NCBI GenBank assembly: GCA_965218675.1
Contig: CBDCLP010000005.1
Location: 104,798-168,797, forward strand
DNA from: Granulicella sp.
Lineage (GTDB): Bacteria > Acidobacteriota > Terriglobia > Terriglobales > Acidobacteriaceae
Length of the DNA stretch: 64,000 nt
Direction: 5' to 3'
The first letter of the stretch is position 1. Each line of letters starts with the position of its first letter. Positions 9,628 through 20,113 of this stretch are shown in pieces. The position numbers were made by a program, and so were the translations under genes. A model generated the notes under the pieces. That model was not told the origin of the DNA, made no database searches, and worked only from the letters and a program-made list of their open reading frames with translations.

Positions 9628-11751
9628 TTAGTGGACGGTAACGGAAAGATTCACGGTCTGGGCCGCGGGCGTGGTCCCGCCACTGGCCGCGGCGGTGAAG
9701 ACCACCGGCACGGTGTAGGTCCCTGGCGCGGCGTTATTGTTGCTGCCGCCGCACCCAAGCAAACCGGCAAACAAGCCCAGGCTGAGCAGCAGCATGGGCA
9801 GGGTCAGGCCGGCGAGGACGCGGCCACGCCGGCGGCTCCATACCCCAAACAGCAGCATGGATAGGACCCCGGGGATCCCCAGCGCGGCAAGCAGGACGCG
9901 GGCAGCATGGAAACCCGGCCGCTCCGGAGCGAGCAGCGCGGCGGTCGTGGCGGCGTTGGTGGCAACGGTAAGCGTCGAGGCGGAGATGAGATTATTCAGG
10001 GGAATGTTTGCCGTGATGCTTGCGGGGGAGAAGGCGCAGGCGAAGTGACTCGGCAGCGGACCGCAGGACAAGGTGATCGTCCCCGTATACCCGCCCAGGG
10101 ACGAGGCCGTCAGGCTCACAGTCCCGGAGCCGCCGCTGGCGATGGAGAGCGACGCGGGAGTGGACGCCGCGGTGAAGCCGGGAGCGGTAATGACCTGGCT
10201 GACTGCCCCCGACGTAGACCCCGCAAACAGCCCCATACCGGCGTAGGTTGCCGTGATGGCGTGCGTGCCCGCGCCCAGGGCGGAGGTCGTGTACGTCGCC
10301 ACGCCGTTGCTCAGGGTGCCGGTGCCCAGGGTTGCGGTGCCGTCGAGAAAGGTCACGGTCCCGGCGGGCAGGCCATAGCTTGAGCTAGACGGCGTAACCG
10401 TGGCCGTCAAGGTCACGGAGGCCCCAAGGTTTGCATTAGTGGCCGACGAGCTGAGCGTCGTCGTGGTTGCCACGGCGGTCGCCACCTCGGCCACGGGCTG
10501 CACGGCGGAAGCGCTCCGGCTGTTGACCACATCGCCGGCGTACACGGCGCTCAAGGCCAGATTGCTTGCCCCGGCGGCCGGGGTGAAGGTCACCGTGGCG
10601 GTGCCGGTCGCATCCAGCGCCGCGGAGCCCACCACCTGATTGCCGTGATTGAAAAGGGTTACCAGCCCGGTCGGCGTCACGCCGCCGGTGGCGGAGGCGA
10701 CGGCCACCGTAGCGGTCACGCTGCTGCCCGCCAGCACCGCGGCCGGCGCGGTCAGCTTGGCGCTGCTGGCCACCAGGGGGGACAGCAGATTGGCCGCCGC
10801 AGCCGCCGCCAGATGATGCCCGGTGGTCGTCGGGTGCAGACCGTCCCAGACCAGATAGGTGTCCGGGCTGCCGGCAACGCCCTGCGCCGGCGCACTGATG
10901 TTGCCGAAACCGTACAGCGCGGGCTGAGAGCTCACGCCCGCAAAGAGCGTGAACACATCAGGCTGATACAGGTTCAGCGTCGCTCCCATGGCGCCCTGTT
11001 TCAGCGCGTTCAGCCCGGCGGTCAGGTCCTGGGCAAAGGCGGCGGAGGCGGTATTCAGCGCGGCGGCGGTGGCGCTGCCGGCCCCGCCTGCAAACCCGCT
11101 TAAGGGGGGCAGGTTGGGGAGTATGAAATTGGTCGCGCCGGCCGCCATCAGCCGCTGCACCAGCCCAAGCTCATTATTTACCGCGGTTTGCGCCGCGGCC
11201 ACGGGGTCCTGGCCGCTTGTCGCGGCCTGGAGCAGATCGTTGCCGCCGCCCCAAAGCACATAGAGCGTGGTGCTGTTCGGCAACGGGTTGGTGGCCAAGT
11301 AATTGGTTACCTGCTGGCCCATGTTGTCCAGCGTGATGGAAAGAGTCTGCCCCAAAAAGGTGCGGGACTCGGTCGTTGTGCCCGGTCCGGTGGTGGCGTC
11401 CCCAAAGGCGTAATCGGTGCCGCCATCGAGCGAGTCCTTGATGGTCACTCCGGTCCCAAACAGGGTGGCCAGCTGCTCCACCCAGACGCCCTTATAGGCC
11501 GTGGAGGCGGCCGGCTGCGTATCCGTGCCGTCGGTGAACCGGCCGTCGGTGTAGTTGAAGCCCAGGACGGGGTTGTCCGACGGGTAGCGCAGTTTGTACT
11601 GCGACTGGGTCAGGTGGGCGATGTTGCCCGTGTCGGAAAGCGAATCGCCAAAGACCACCACGGTCTTGAAACTGGTCTGCGCCACGGCAGCGGCGGGGGC
11701 CAGGGCACACAGCACAAGGAGGCACAACAAGGCACACCGGCGAAGCAGCAT
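9628..11751 (-). CDS. Secreted SGNH/GDSL lipase-esterase with Ig-like repeat region and unusual C-terminal anchor
   Basis: Signal peptide 'MLLRRCALLCLLVLCALAPAAAVAQ'. Block I 'VVFGDSLSDTGN' and block V 'WDGLHPT'. Then Ala/Thr/Ser/Gly-rich Ig-like repeats ('...LSAVYAGD...', '...ITATYAG...') and a tail with two TM segments. Start at the internal ATG 11751. Confidence 0.85.
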   Translation of the reverse strand: MLLRRCALLCLLVLCALAPAAAVAQTSFKTVVVFGDSLSDTGNIAHLTQSQYKLRYPSDNPVLGFNYTDGRFTDGTDTQPAASTAYKGVWVEQLATLFGTGVTIKDSLDGGTDYAFGDATTGPGTTTESRTFLGQTLSITLDNMGQQVTNYLATNPLPNSTTLYVLWGGGNDLLQAATSGQDPVAAAQTAVNNELGLVQRLMAAGATNFILPNLPPLSGFAGGAGSATAAALNTASAAFAQDLTAGLNALKQGAMGATLNLYQPDVFTLFAGVSSQPALYGFGNISAPAQGVAGSPDTYLVWDGLHPTTTGHHLAAAAAANLLSPLVASSAKLTAPAAVLAGSSVTATVAVASATGGVTPTGLVTLFNHGNQVVGSAALDATGTATVTFTPAAGASNLALSAVYAGDVVNSRSASAVQPVAEVATAVATTTTLSSSATNANLGASVTLTATVTPSSSSYGLPAGTVTFLDGTATLGTGTLSNGVATYTTSALGAGTHAITATYAGMGLFAGSTSGAVSQVITAPGFTAASTPASLSIASGGSGTVSLTASSLGGYTGTITLSCGPLPSHFACAFSPASITANIPLNNLISASTLTVATNAATTAALLAPERPGFHAARVLLAALGIPGVLSMLLFGVWSRRRGRVLAGLTLPMLLLSLGLFAGLLGCGGSNNNAAPGTYTVPVVFTAAASGGTTPAAQTVNLSVTVH

Positions 11752-11904
11752 AGACGCACTCCAACGAGCGGATTCGATATGGCCCCCACTGTACCACCGC
11801 GCGCGACGCGGGCGGTGTGCCTGAAAGCGACGGAAAGCGGTCCCGCAACTTTCTACCCGCACCGAAACGGTCCGCGTTATCATCAAATCAACGAGGACTT
11901 TCCC

Positions 11905-12324
11905 ATGGCTTACAGTGACAAGGTTGTTGACCACTACGAGAATCCGCGCAACGTCGGCACCCTCGACAAGAGTTCCACCGAGGTCGGAACCGGCCTGGTC
12001 GGCGCGCCGGAGTGCGGCGACGTCATGCGTCTGCAGATCAAGGTGAACCCCGAAACCCAGGTGATTGAGGACGCGAAGTTCAAGACCTTTGGCTGCGGCT
12101 CCGCGATCGCCAGCTCGTCGTTGGCTACGGAGTGGGTGAAGGGCAAGACCGTTGCCGAGGCGCTCACGATCTCCAATACGGACATTGTCAAGGAACTGGC
12201 GCTTCCCCCGGTCAAGATTCACTGCTCCGTTCTCGCGGAAGACGCGATTCGCGCGGCCATCGGTGACTGGAAGAAAAAGAACGGGGTCGCTGAAGAGGCC
12301 GGGGTCGCCGTCGCGGCGCACTAG
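11905..12324 (+). CDS. iscU: Fe-S cluster assembly scaffold IscU
   Basis: 'MAYSDKVVDHYENPRNVGTL...GAPECGDVMRLQIKV...FKTFGCGSAIASSS...LPPVKIHCSVLAEDAI'. ATG 11905 is in frame with the longer track ORF. Confidence 0.95.
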   Translation: MAYSDKVVDHYENPRNVGTLDKSSTEVGTGLVGAPECGDVMRLQIKVNPETQVIEDAKFKTFGCGSAIASSSLATEWVKGKTVAEALTISNTDIVKELALPPVKIHCSVLAEDAIRAAIGDWKKKNGVAEEAGVAVAAH

Positions 12325-12365
12325 AAGTGGTCTCTTGTATGCCGTTTGGGCTTTACGAGCCTCAT

Positions 12366-12390
12366 GGAACCCGCTTCGACGGCGGGTTCC
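12366..12390 (+). terminator. Hairpin after iscU (possible attenuator/terminator, no T-run)
   Basis: 'GGAACCCGC' (12366-12374), loop 'TTCGACG', then 'GCGGGTTCC' (12382-12390). Confidence 0.35.
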
Positions 12391-12523
12391 CTATGTCCCA
12401 TCCTGAGCGGTGCCGATGGATGAGACCATTTGCCGCGTTACCCCCGAAGGTAATGCCCCCTTCGACGCAGGAGATTTCTGGTCTTCATGGGGCCAGCTTC
12501 GGTATGCTAAGGGAGAGGATGCG

Positions 12524-12739
12524 ATGAGGACATACCAACAGGTCGTGCAGGCAGTGTATGGCGAAGCCAGACCGTCGTTCTGGTCCGGATTCGGCAGTGT
12601 GCTGAACCTTTTCGGCGCTGGCAAGCGGTCCCGGTGCCCGCGGCGGCGTGTTCGCACGGAGGCAGAGGCCCTGGCTGAGGATTGGGCCCATGTGTCTCGC
12701 GATCTGCAGCGCGCCTTTGAGCGTGCAGGCTGCAGGTGA
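12524..12739 (+). CDS. Hypothetical small protein (71 aa), partner of the DUF2335 gene
   Basis: ATG 12524 is preceded by 'GGGAGAGG'. Translation 'MRTYQQVVQAVYGEARPSFWSGFGSVLNLFG...EAEALAEDWAHVSRDLQRAF'. Its stop overlaps the next start (GTGA). Confidence 0.5.
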   Translation: MRTYQQVVQAVYGEARPSFWSGFGSVLNLFGAGKRSRCPRRRVRTEAEALAEDWAHVSRDLQRAFERAGCR

Positions 12740-13269
12740 ATAGCGGCTCCGACCAGGAATTGCCCCACCCCAATGCAGTTGAGAACAGCCCGGTCAAGAG
12801 TGGTTTGGTCCAGGACGGGCTGAACGGCGTACCTGGCACCCGCATCACCGAAGCTCCTGGTTCCGGCATCCTTTCCCAGGTTCATTCGGTCGAGTTCACC
12901 GCCTACTCCGGTCCCATTCCGCCCCCGGATCTTTTGCAGCGCTTCGATGAGGTGTACCCCGGAGCAGCCAGGCAGATTCTCGAGGATTTTGTTCAGGAGT
13001 CGGCGCACCGTCGCTCCATGGAGCGCAAGATCGTCGGTTCGGAGTCGTTTAAAGAGGTCTTTGGCGCAGTCGCCGCGGGTCTGATCGGCTTGACCGGGGT
13101 CGGTGGCGGCCTTTGGCTGGCACACGAAGGGCGCGCCACAGGAGGGCTCAGCACTATCTTTGCCACGCTGGCAAGCCTGGTGGGTGTGTTCCTCTTTCAA
13201 GCCCGCAAAACCGATCCAGAACCATCCCCTGGCACGAACCGCAGCCAGGGGAAAGGAGATGCACCATGA
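12736..13269 (+). CDS. DUF2335 domain-containing membrane protein
   Basis: 'YSGPIPPPDLLQRFDEVYPGAARQILEDFVQESAHRRSMERK' followed by two TM helices, which is the DUF2335 (PF10097) pattern. Confidence 0.75.
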   Translation: MNSGSDQELPHPNAVENSPVKSGLVQDGLNGVPGTRITEAPGSGILSQVHSVEFTAYSGPIPPPDLLQRFDEVYPGAARQILEDFVQESAHRRSMERKIVGSESFKEVFGAVAAGLIGLTGVGGGLWLAHEGRATGGLSTIFATLASLVGVFLFQARKTDPEPSPGTNRSQGKGDAP

Positions 13270-13745
13270 TCACCCTCACTCCGGGCACCACTGCCCCGCC
13301 CCAGGCCGAGCAGAAACACCCCCTCGCCGGCATGACACTGCTCACGGCCGAGGGCCAGCAGCCCCGCGCCAAGCAGGCCGTAGAGATTACCCGCAATGCC
13401 CTGAAACGTATCCGCGTCGCCATGGCCAAGGAGGGTGTCTCGCCCGAGGCTGGCGGCCTGCGATTGGGTGTCCAGGGCGGCGGGTGTTCCGGGCTGAGCT
13501 ACAACATCCGGTTCGACACCGAACCGCGCCAGCGCGATCGGGTCTTCGTCTTCGGCGAGGGCGTAGAAACCCCGAATGACCCTTCCGGGGCGAAGCCGGT
13601 GCGCATCTTTGTCGATCCCAAAAGCTTTTTGTACCTTGCGGGCATGGTGCTGGACTTCGAGGAAACCCTGATGCGGCAGGGATTCAACTTCATCAATCCA
13701 AACTCGACCAAGAGTTGCGGCTGCGGTTCCAGCTTTTCGGCGTAG
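13266..13745 (+). CDS. iscA: IscA/HesB-family Fe-S cluster insertion protein
   Basis: 'LRLGVQGGGCSGLSYNIRFD' and C-terminal 'NPNSTKSCGCGSSFSA'. ATG 13266 overlaps the preceding stop (ATGA). An alternative start at ATG 13332 gives a more typical length. Confidence 0.9.
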   Translation: MITLTPGTTAPPQAEQKHPLAGMTLLTAEGQQPRAKQAVEITRNALKRIRVAMAKEGVSPEAGGLRLGVQGGGCSGLSYNIRFDTEPRQRDRVFVFGEGVETPNDPSGAKPVRIFVDPKSFLYLAGMVLDFEETLMRQGFNFINPNSTKSCGCGSSFSA

Positions 13746-13771
13746 GGAAGGTCTCGTAGCTGTACCCGGCC

Positions 13772-13956
13772 GGCTATAAAACGGGCTTTCGGCCCTTGCG
13801 GGTGTACGGGGCCTATCCCAGGCCTTCGGCCTGGGCTGGTATAGAGCGCGCCCTTGGCCCTGGGTACAACACCCTGATCTTGCCCTGGGACACTGCCCGG
13901 GCGTACACAGAGGCTCTTTGGCCCTTTTGTTGTCATTCCCGAAGGGAATCTGCGTT
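13772..13956. repeat. Composite REP-like element (module A + module B)
   Basis: Module A spans 13772-13835 and contains the hairpin 'CCCAGGCC-TTC-GGCCTGGG'. Module B spans 13925-13956, 'TTTTGTTGTCATTCCCGAAGGGAATCTGCGTT', with the perfect hairpin ATTCCC-GAA-GGGAAT. Both modules recur at 57434-57598, and module B at 43103-43146. Confidence 0.8.
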
Positions 13957-14036
13957 GTGGGGCTGCATGCGGCGGCGAGCTATGGTTGTAGCAAGCACGG
14001 TCCTGACCGGCGAACGCGCCCTGGCCCGCCATGAAA

Positions 14037-15407
14037 TCAGACTTCAATCTCAACCGCGTCGCGGACTTCCACGCGATTTCGGCCCAGCTGTTTGGCTTGG
14101 TAGAGCGCCATGTCGGCGTCGTAGAGCATGGTTTCGGGAGTTTCGCCCACCTGTGGCGTGCGGCTGCTAACACCAATGCTGACGGTAAGATACGGTCCGG
14201 TCGCGGAGCGCTTGTGTTCCATTCTCTGCCCTTCCACGGCGCGCCGGATATTTTCCGCGATGCGCATGGCACCGTGGACGTCGGCGCCGGGCAGCAGTAC
14301 CACGAACTCTTCGCCGCCGAACCGGGCCACGATGTCGTGTCCGCGCCGTGGCTGCTCTTCCAGCACCCGCGCCACCTCGCGCAGGCAGTCGTCCCCTCGC
14401 TGGTGCCCGTAGGCGTCGTTGAGCGCCTTAAAGCAGTCCACATCCACCATGAGCAGAGCCAGGGGCCGCATGTTGCGCAGTGAACGCCGCCACTCCATCT
14501 CGAAGACCTGGTCGAAGCGCCGGCGATTGTGCAGGCCGGTGAGGCCGTCGCGGATGGAAAGCTCGCTGAGCAGAGCGTTGGCCTCGCGGAGTTGCTGCTC
14601 GCTGCGCAACAGCGCCTGCTGTGAGTTGGCGAGTTCCATGTGGAGGCGCACCAGTTCGCGGTAGCGGCGTTTGTCGATCGCGGCGGTGCCCAACGTGACC
14701 AGCAACACCAGCCCTACAGTTACCAGCAGGGCGGTTTCTCCCACGGCATTACCGCGGGCGTTGCCCCGCACCAGGGCCGCCGGCACCGGCGTCAGGACGA
14801 GCGAGCGGGTGATGAGCCCATGGACCAGGGCCATGCCCGCTCCCATGACCGCTCCCCCACCGATGCGCAGCCACTCTCCGCTGGCGGGGTCACGGTGCTC
14901 GGAGAAAGCCATCCAAACAGCCACAAACGAGGTAACGACCCCTGTCAGACCGCCCGCAATCAGCACCGTGCGCCAAACAGCGGCGATCTGCATCGAGCTC
15001 AGGGCTTCGACCCCAACCCAGTGCATCAGGCAGAACCCGAGGCCGAGCACCAGGCTGCCCGCAATCAGGCGGCCGCGGCTCAGGCTCTGCCAGGCGATCA
15101 GCCGAAAGCCCATCCACGAAATGCTGACGGCCACCAGCAGGCTGAACACCACCAGCCGCAGCGAGTACACCGTTTCATAGGGGGTACGATCTTCCAGCGC
15201 CCCGAAAAAGTGCATGGACCACATGCCCAGACCCAGCACCACCGCGGCGGCCGTAATCCACAGCCGCCGCCGCCAGAAACCCCGCGCACGCTCCAGCCGC
15301 TCCGCCAGCGAGAACGCCGCGTAGGAGGCCAGCATGGAGGCCGCGACCGCCATGGCGCGCATGGCGTGGGAGCTTTCAAGCATCAGTGGGTGCATAGTAA
15401 CGTGCAT
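14037..15407 (-). CDS. MHYT-domain membrane sensor diguanylate cyclase (GGDEF)
   Basis: N-terminal polytopic region has 'MWSMHFFG' and 'LMHWVG' MHYT-type motifs. C-terminal region has 'LHNRRRFDQ...' and the active-site 'RFGGEEFVVLLPG'. Confidence 0.88.
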   Translation of the reverse strand: MHVTMHPLMLESSHAMRAMAVAASMLASYAAFSLAERLERARGFWRRRLWITAAAVVLGLGMWSMHFFGALEDRTPYETVYSLRLVVFSLLVAVSISWMGFRLIAWQSLSRGRLIAGSLVLGLGFCLMHWVGVEALSSMQIAAVWRTVLIAGGLTGVVTSFVAVWMAFSEHRDPASGEWLRIGGGAVMGAGMALVHGLITRSLVLTPVPAALVRGNARGNAVGETALLVTVGLVLLVTLGTAAIDKRRYRELVRLHMELANSQQALLRSEQQLREANALLSELSIRDGLTGLHNRRRFDQVFEMEWRRSLRNMRPLALLMVDVDCFKALNDAYGHQRGDDCLREVARVLEEQPRRGHDIVARFGGEEFVVLLPGADVHGAMRIAENIRRAVEGQRMEHKRSATGPYLTVSIGVSSRTPQVGETPETMLYDADMALYQAKQLGRNRVEVRDAVEIEV

Positions 15408-15484
15408 GCCGCCAGCCGGGTTAGCTGATCGTTTTGTTCGCTATTCTGGCTGTGCGTCAACATGGTCTCGCTAGAATGACGGTG

Positions 15485-16093
15485 ATGACTTACTTTTCGT
15501 TATTTTCGCTGCCGCGGCACCTCAGCATCGATGTTTCCGCGCTGGAAAAAATATTTTATGCCCAGTCACGACGATTGCATCCGGATCGCTTTGCCAACCG
15601 GTCTCCGGCCGATCAGGCACATGCGCTGGAACAATCCTCGGCGCTGAACGACGCGTACCGAACGCTGCGCGATCCGATCCATCGCACAGAATACTTGCTC
15701 GGGTTGGAAGGAGTGCAACTCGAGGAACAGTCTCGGCAGGCTACCGACACCGCCCGTACAAGGGGTGAAGAAAAGAAGCAGGTAGCTCCGGCGGATCTCC
15801 TGGAAGAGGCGTTTGAACTCAACATGCAACTAGAAGAGATGCGATTTGCGAAGCAGTCGGGCGAAAAAGACGACGCCGCCGAAGAAGATCTGCAGGCCGC
15901 CCGCACCCGCTTCACTGCCGATCTGGAAGACCTGCAAAGGCAGCTGGAAGGGTTATGGGCGAAGTGGGATGCGGCCGAGGACGCCGGCGACGACGCTGGC
16001 CGAACGGCTGCCAAGGAGGCGATGGTGGCCCTGCTGAACCGCCGGTCGTACATCCGCAATCTTGTACGGGACGTCAACGCCGCCCTGGAATAA
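15485..16093 (+). CDS. hscB: Fe-S protein assembly co-chaperone HscB
   Basis: 'MTYFSLFSLPRHLSIDVSALEKIFYAQSRRLHPDRF' is a J-domain with HPD and parallels the E. coli HscB N-terminus. Acidic helical C-domain. Start chosen at ATG 15485. Confidence 0.88.
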   Translation: MTYFSLFSLPRHLSIDVSALEKIFYAQSRRLHPDRFANRSPADQAHALEQSSALNDAYRTLRDPIHRTEYLLGLEGVQLEEQSRQATDTARTRGEEKKQVAPADLLEEAFELNMQLEEMRFAKQSGEKDDAAEEDLQAARTRFTADLEDLQRQLEGLWAKWDAAEDAGDDAGRTAAKEAMVALLNRRSYIRNLVRDVNAALE

Positions 16094-16109
16094 GCGTTCA
16101 CGGGTGGCA

Positions 16110-18416
<2,307 letters not shown>

Positions 18417-18421
18417 CTAGT

Positions 18422-20071
18422 CTAGCGATGAAGGTAAGGACGTGTGAATGCCTCGAAAGGGGCATTGGCAGCGAAGGCCCGCAGTGCGCTCAACAGCGAC
18501 TCGCGAGCCGCCTCGGGGGGCAGCCCGCCTGCAGGCAGCTCTACCCGCAGCAGCAGCGGCACCGGCGGCGGCCCTCCCCCCAGCACCTCCCCGGCTCGAA
18601 CAGGGCTGTACACCAGCCCCAGGTGCGGCGGCCCGGTCAAGTACTGGCCGCAGCCGGCCGGTGTGCACAGGGTCGAGGCCTCCATGTACTCGGAAACTCC
18701 ATCGTTATAGACAGATACACTGAAGCTCGTCGACCCCTCGGCGGTCTTCAGGGGCAGGGCCCCCTGCCACAGCGCATCCTCGCCGCGGGCCACGTGGCAG
18801 AGCAACGTATCGTGCGCCCCCAGGGTGGGCGACGCCCCGACCTGCACCGCCATCGGCTGCCCGGGTGCGGCGTACTGCGCCCAGTTGAAGAGAACCTCGC
18901 CCGTGCTCAGGGTCTCGGCCCAGCGGCGCTGCAGGCGGTAGGGCCCGATCGACGCCGGCAGCCCGGCCAGCACGATGGACGGCCGCGGGCCGCGCCTCAA
19001 ACCGCGCGCCAACGGGATTGCCGTGATCAGCACCAGGGCCGCGAAACCGGCCGCAAGTGCCCACGATGGCAGGCTCCGCCGCTTCGGGCCCGGGCTGGCT
19101 GGCGCCACCCACGGGGTCGGGATCCGCAGCTCTTGGCCGGGGCTGAGCCGCCGAATCACCGCAAACAACAGCATGCCAGCCACGAAAAAGAGCGTCGCCC
19201 CGATGCCGTAGTCGGCCATCTCCGCATGCGGCTGAAGAACAGGCCAACGCAGCGCAAGAACGTAATAGACCACCAGAACACACAGCCGCAGCAGGTTGAA
19301 CGCATAGCCCAGCAGCACCGCCCCCACCACGGCCAGCGCCCACGCTCGCGCGCGAAACCGGTACAGGTACCCCGCCACCAGCGCCAGCAGACCCAGCGTG
19401 ACCGAGCCGCGGATACCATTGCACCCCGGCGCAATGAACATGCCGAAACTCGGCGTAAACATCAGAGAAAGCTGGTCCGGTGTGAGCCGCTGCCCCAGCG
19501 CATGCGCCAGGCCGCGGGCCACCTCCGCCGAGGCATGCTGCAGCGGCAGGTCGACCAGCCTGTTGAAAATGTGTGGAACGGGGTTGACCAGCAGCATCAG
19601 CCCCAGCGGAAACAGGGCCGAACGCCACAGGCGCGTGCCGCCAAACAGCAGCACCACCCCGCTGGCATACGCAAACGCCACCAGGGAGTGCGGCGGCAGC
19701 GTGAGGGACCAGGACCGGCTCAGCACCAACTCCAGCACCATGTGGCTGCGCAGTTGCACCAGGGCGGCCGTGCCGGCGAGCAGCAGCAGCCCCCACCCGC
19801 TGCCCCGTTGCTCCCACCCCAGCCCGCGCCACACACGCAGAATCAGCACCAGGCTCACCGCCGGCACAAAGCCGCCGATAGACTTGAGCGGATCCGTGGA
19901 CCAGAGCGCCCACAGCATCAGCACCGTGGGCCAGATGCTGACAACGCCCACCACGGCGAGCACGCACGCCCCCACCACATATGCCGGCACAGGCAGCGGT
20001 TTCGAGGTGGCCCGGGGGTTGCGGCTGGCCTGCACCGGGGAGCCGCGCTCGGGCAGCGGCAGAGTCGCCAT
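18422..20071 (-). CDS. Exosortase (EpsH/Xrt family) fused to a C-terminal EpsI-like domain
   Basis: Polytopic N-terminal part has 'WSTDPLKSIGGFVP', the catalytic-type Cys motif 'APGCNGIRG', 'FNLLRL' (Arg) and 'PHAEMADYGIG' (His). The ~200-aa C-terminal soluble part with 'GAHDTLLCHVARGE' resembles EpsI (DUF3485). Confidence 0.75.
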   Translation of the reverse strand: MATLPLPERGSPVQASRNPRATSKPLPVPAYVVGACVLAVVGVVSIWPTVLMLWALWSTDPLKSIGGFVPAVSLVLILRVWRGLGWEQRGSGWGLLLLAGTAALVQLRSHMVLELVLSRSWSLTLPPHSLVAFAYASGVVLLFGGTRLWRSALFPLGLMLLVNPVPHIFNRLVDLPLQHASAEVARGLAHALGQRLTPDQLSLMFTPSFGMFIAPGCNGIRGSVTLGLLALVAGYLYRFRARAWALAVVGAVLLGYAFNLLRLCVLVVYYVLALRWPVLQPHAEMADYGIGATLFFVAGMLLFAVIRRLSPGQELRIPTPWVAPASPGPKRRSLPSWALAAGFAALVLITAIPLARGLRRGPRPSIVLAGLPASIGPYRLQRRWAETLSTGEVLFNWAQYAAPGQPMAVQVGASPTLGAHDTLLCHVARGEDALWQGALPLKTAEGSTSFSVSVYNDGVSEYMEASTLCTPAGCGQYLTGPPHLGLVYSPVRAGEVLGGGPPPVPLLLRVELPAGGLPPEAARESLLSALRAFAANAPFEAFTRPYLHR

Positions 20072-20113
20072 GCGGAGATTCTACCTATCCCCTGCGCACA
20101 CGGCGCCGGGCGG

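Noticed and set aside
11752-12321. N-terminal 190-aa extension of track ORF 9628..12321, and the 11188..11904 extension of the iscU ORF
   Set aside because: The extension of the GDSL ORF is antisense to iscU and precedes a canonical signal peptide beginning at ATG 11751. The iscU extension is antisense to the GDSL gene and precedes the conserved 'MAYSDKV' start.
13499-14443. 314-aa minus-strand ORF, and 57431..57637 plus-strand ORF, containing 'SPGRRPG...' strings
   Set aside because: They read through REP-like modules A/B and, for the first, through the antisense of the GGDEF gene. The repeated peptide strings are a by-product of repeated DNA, not of protein families.
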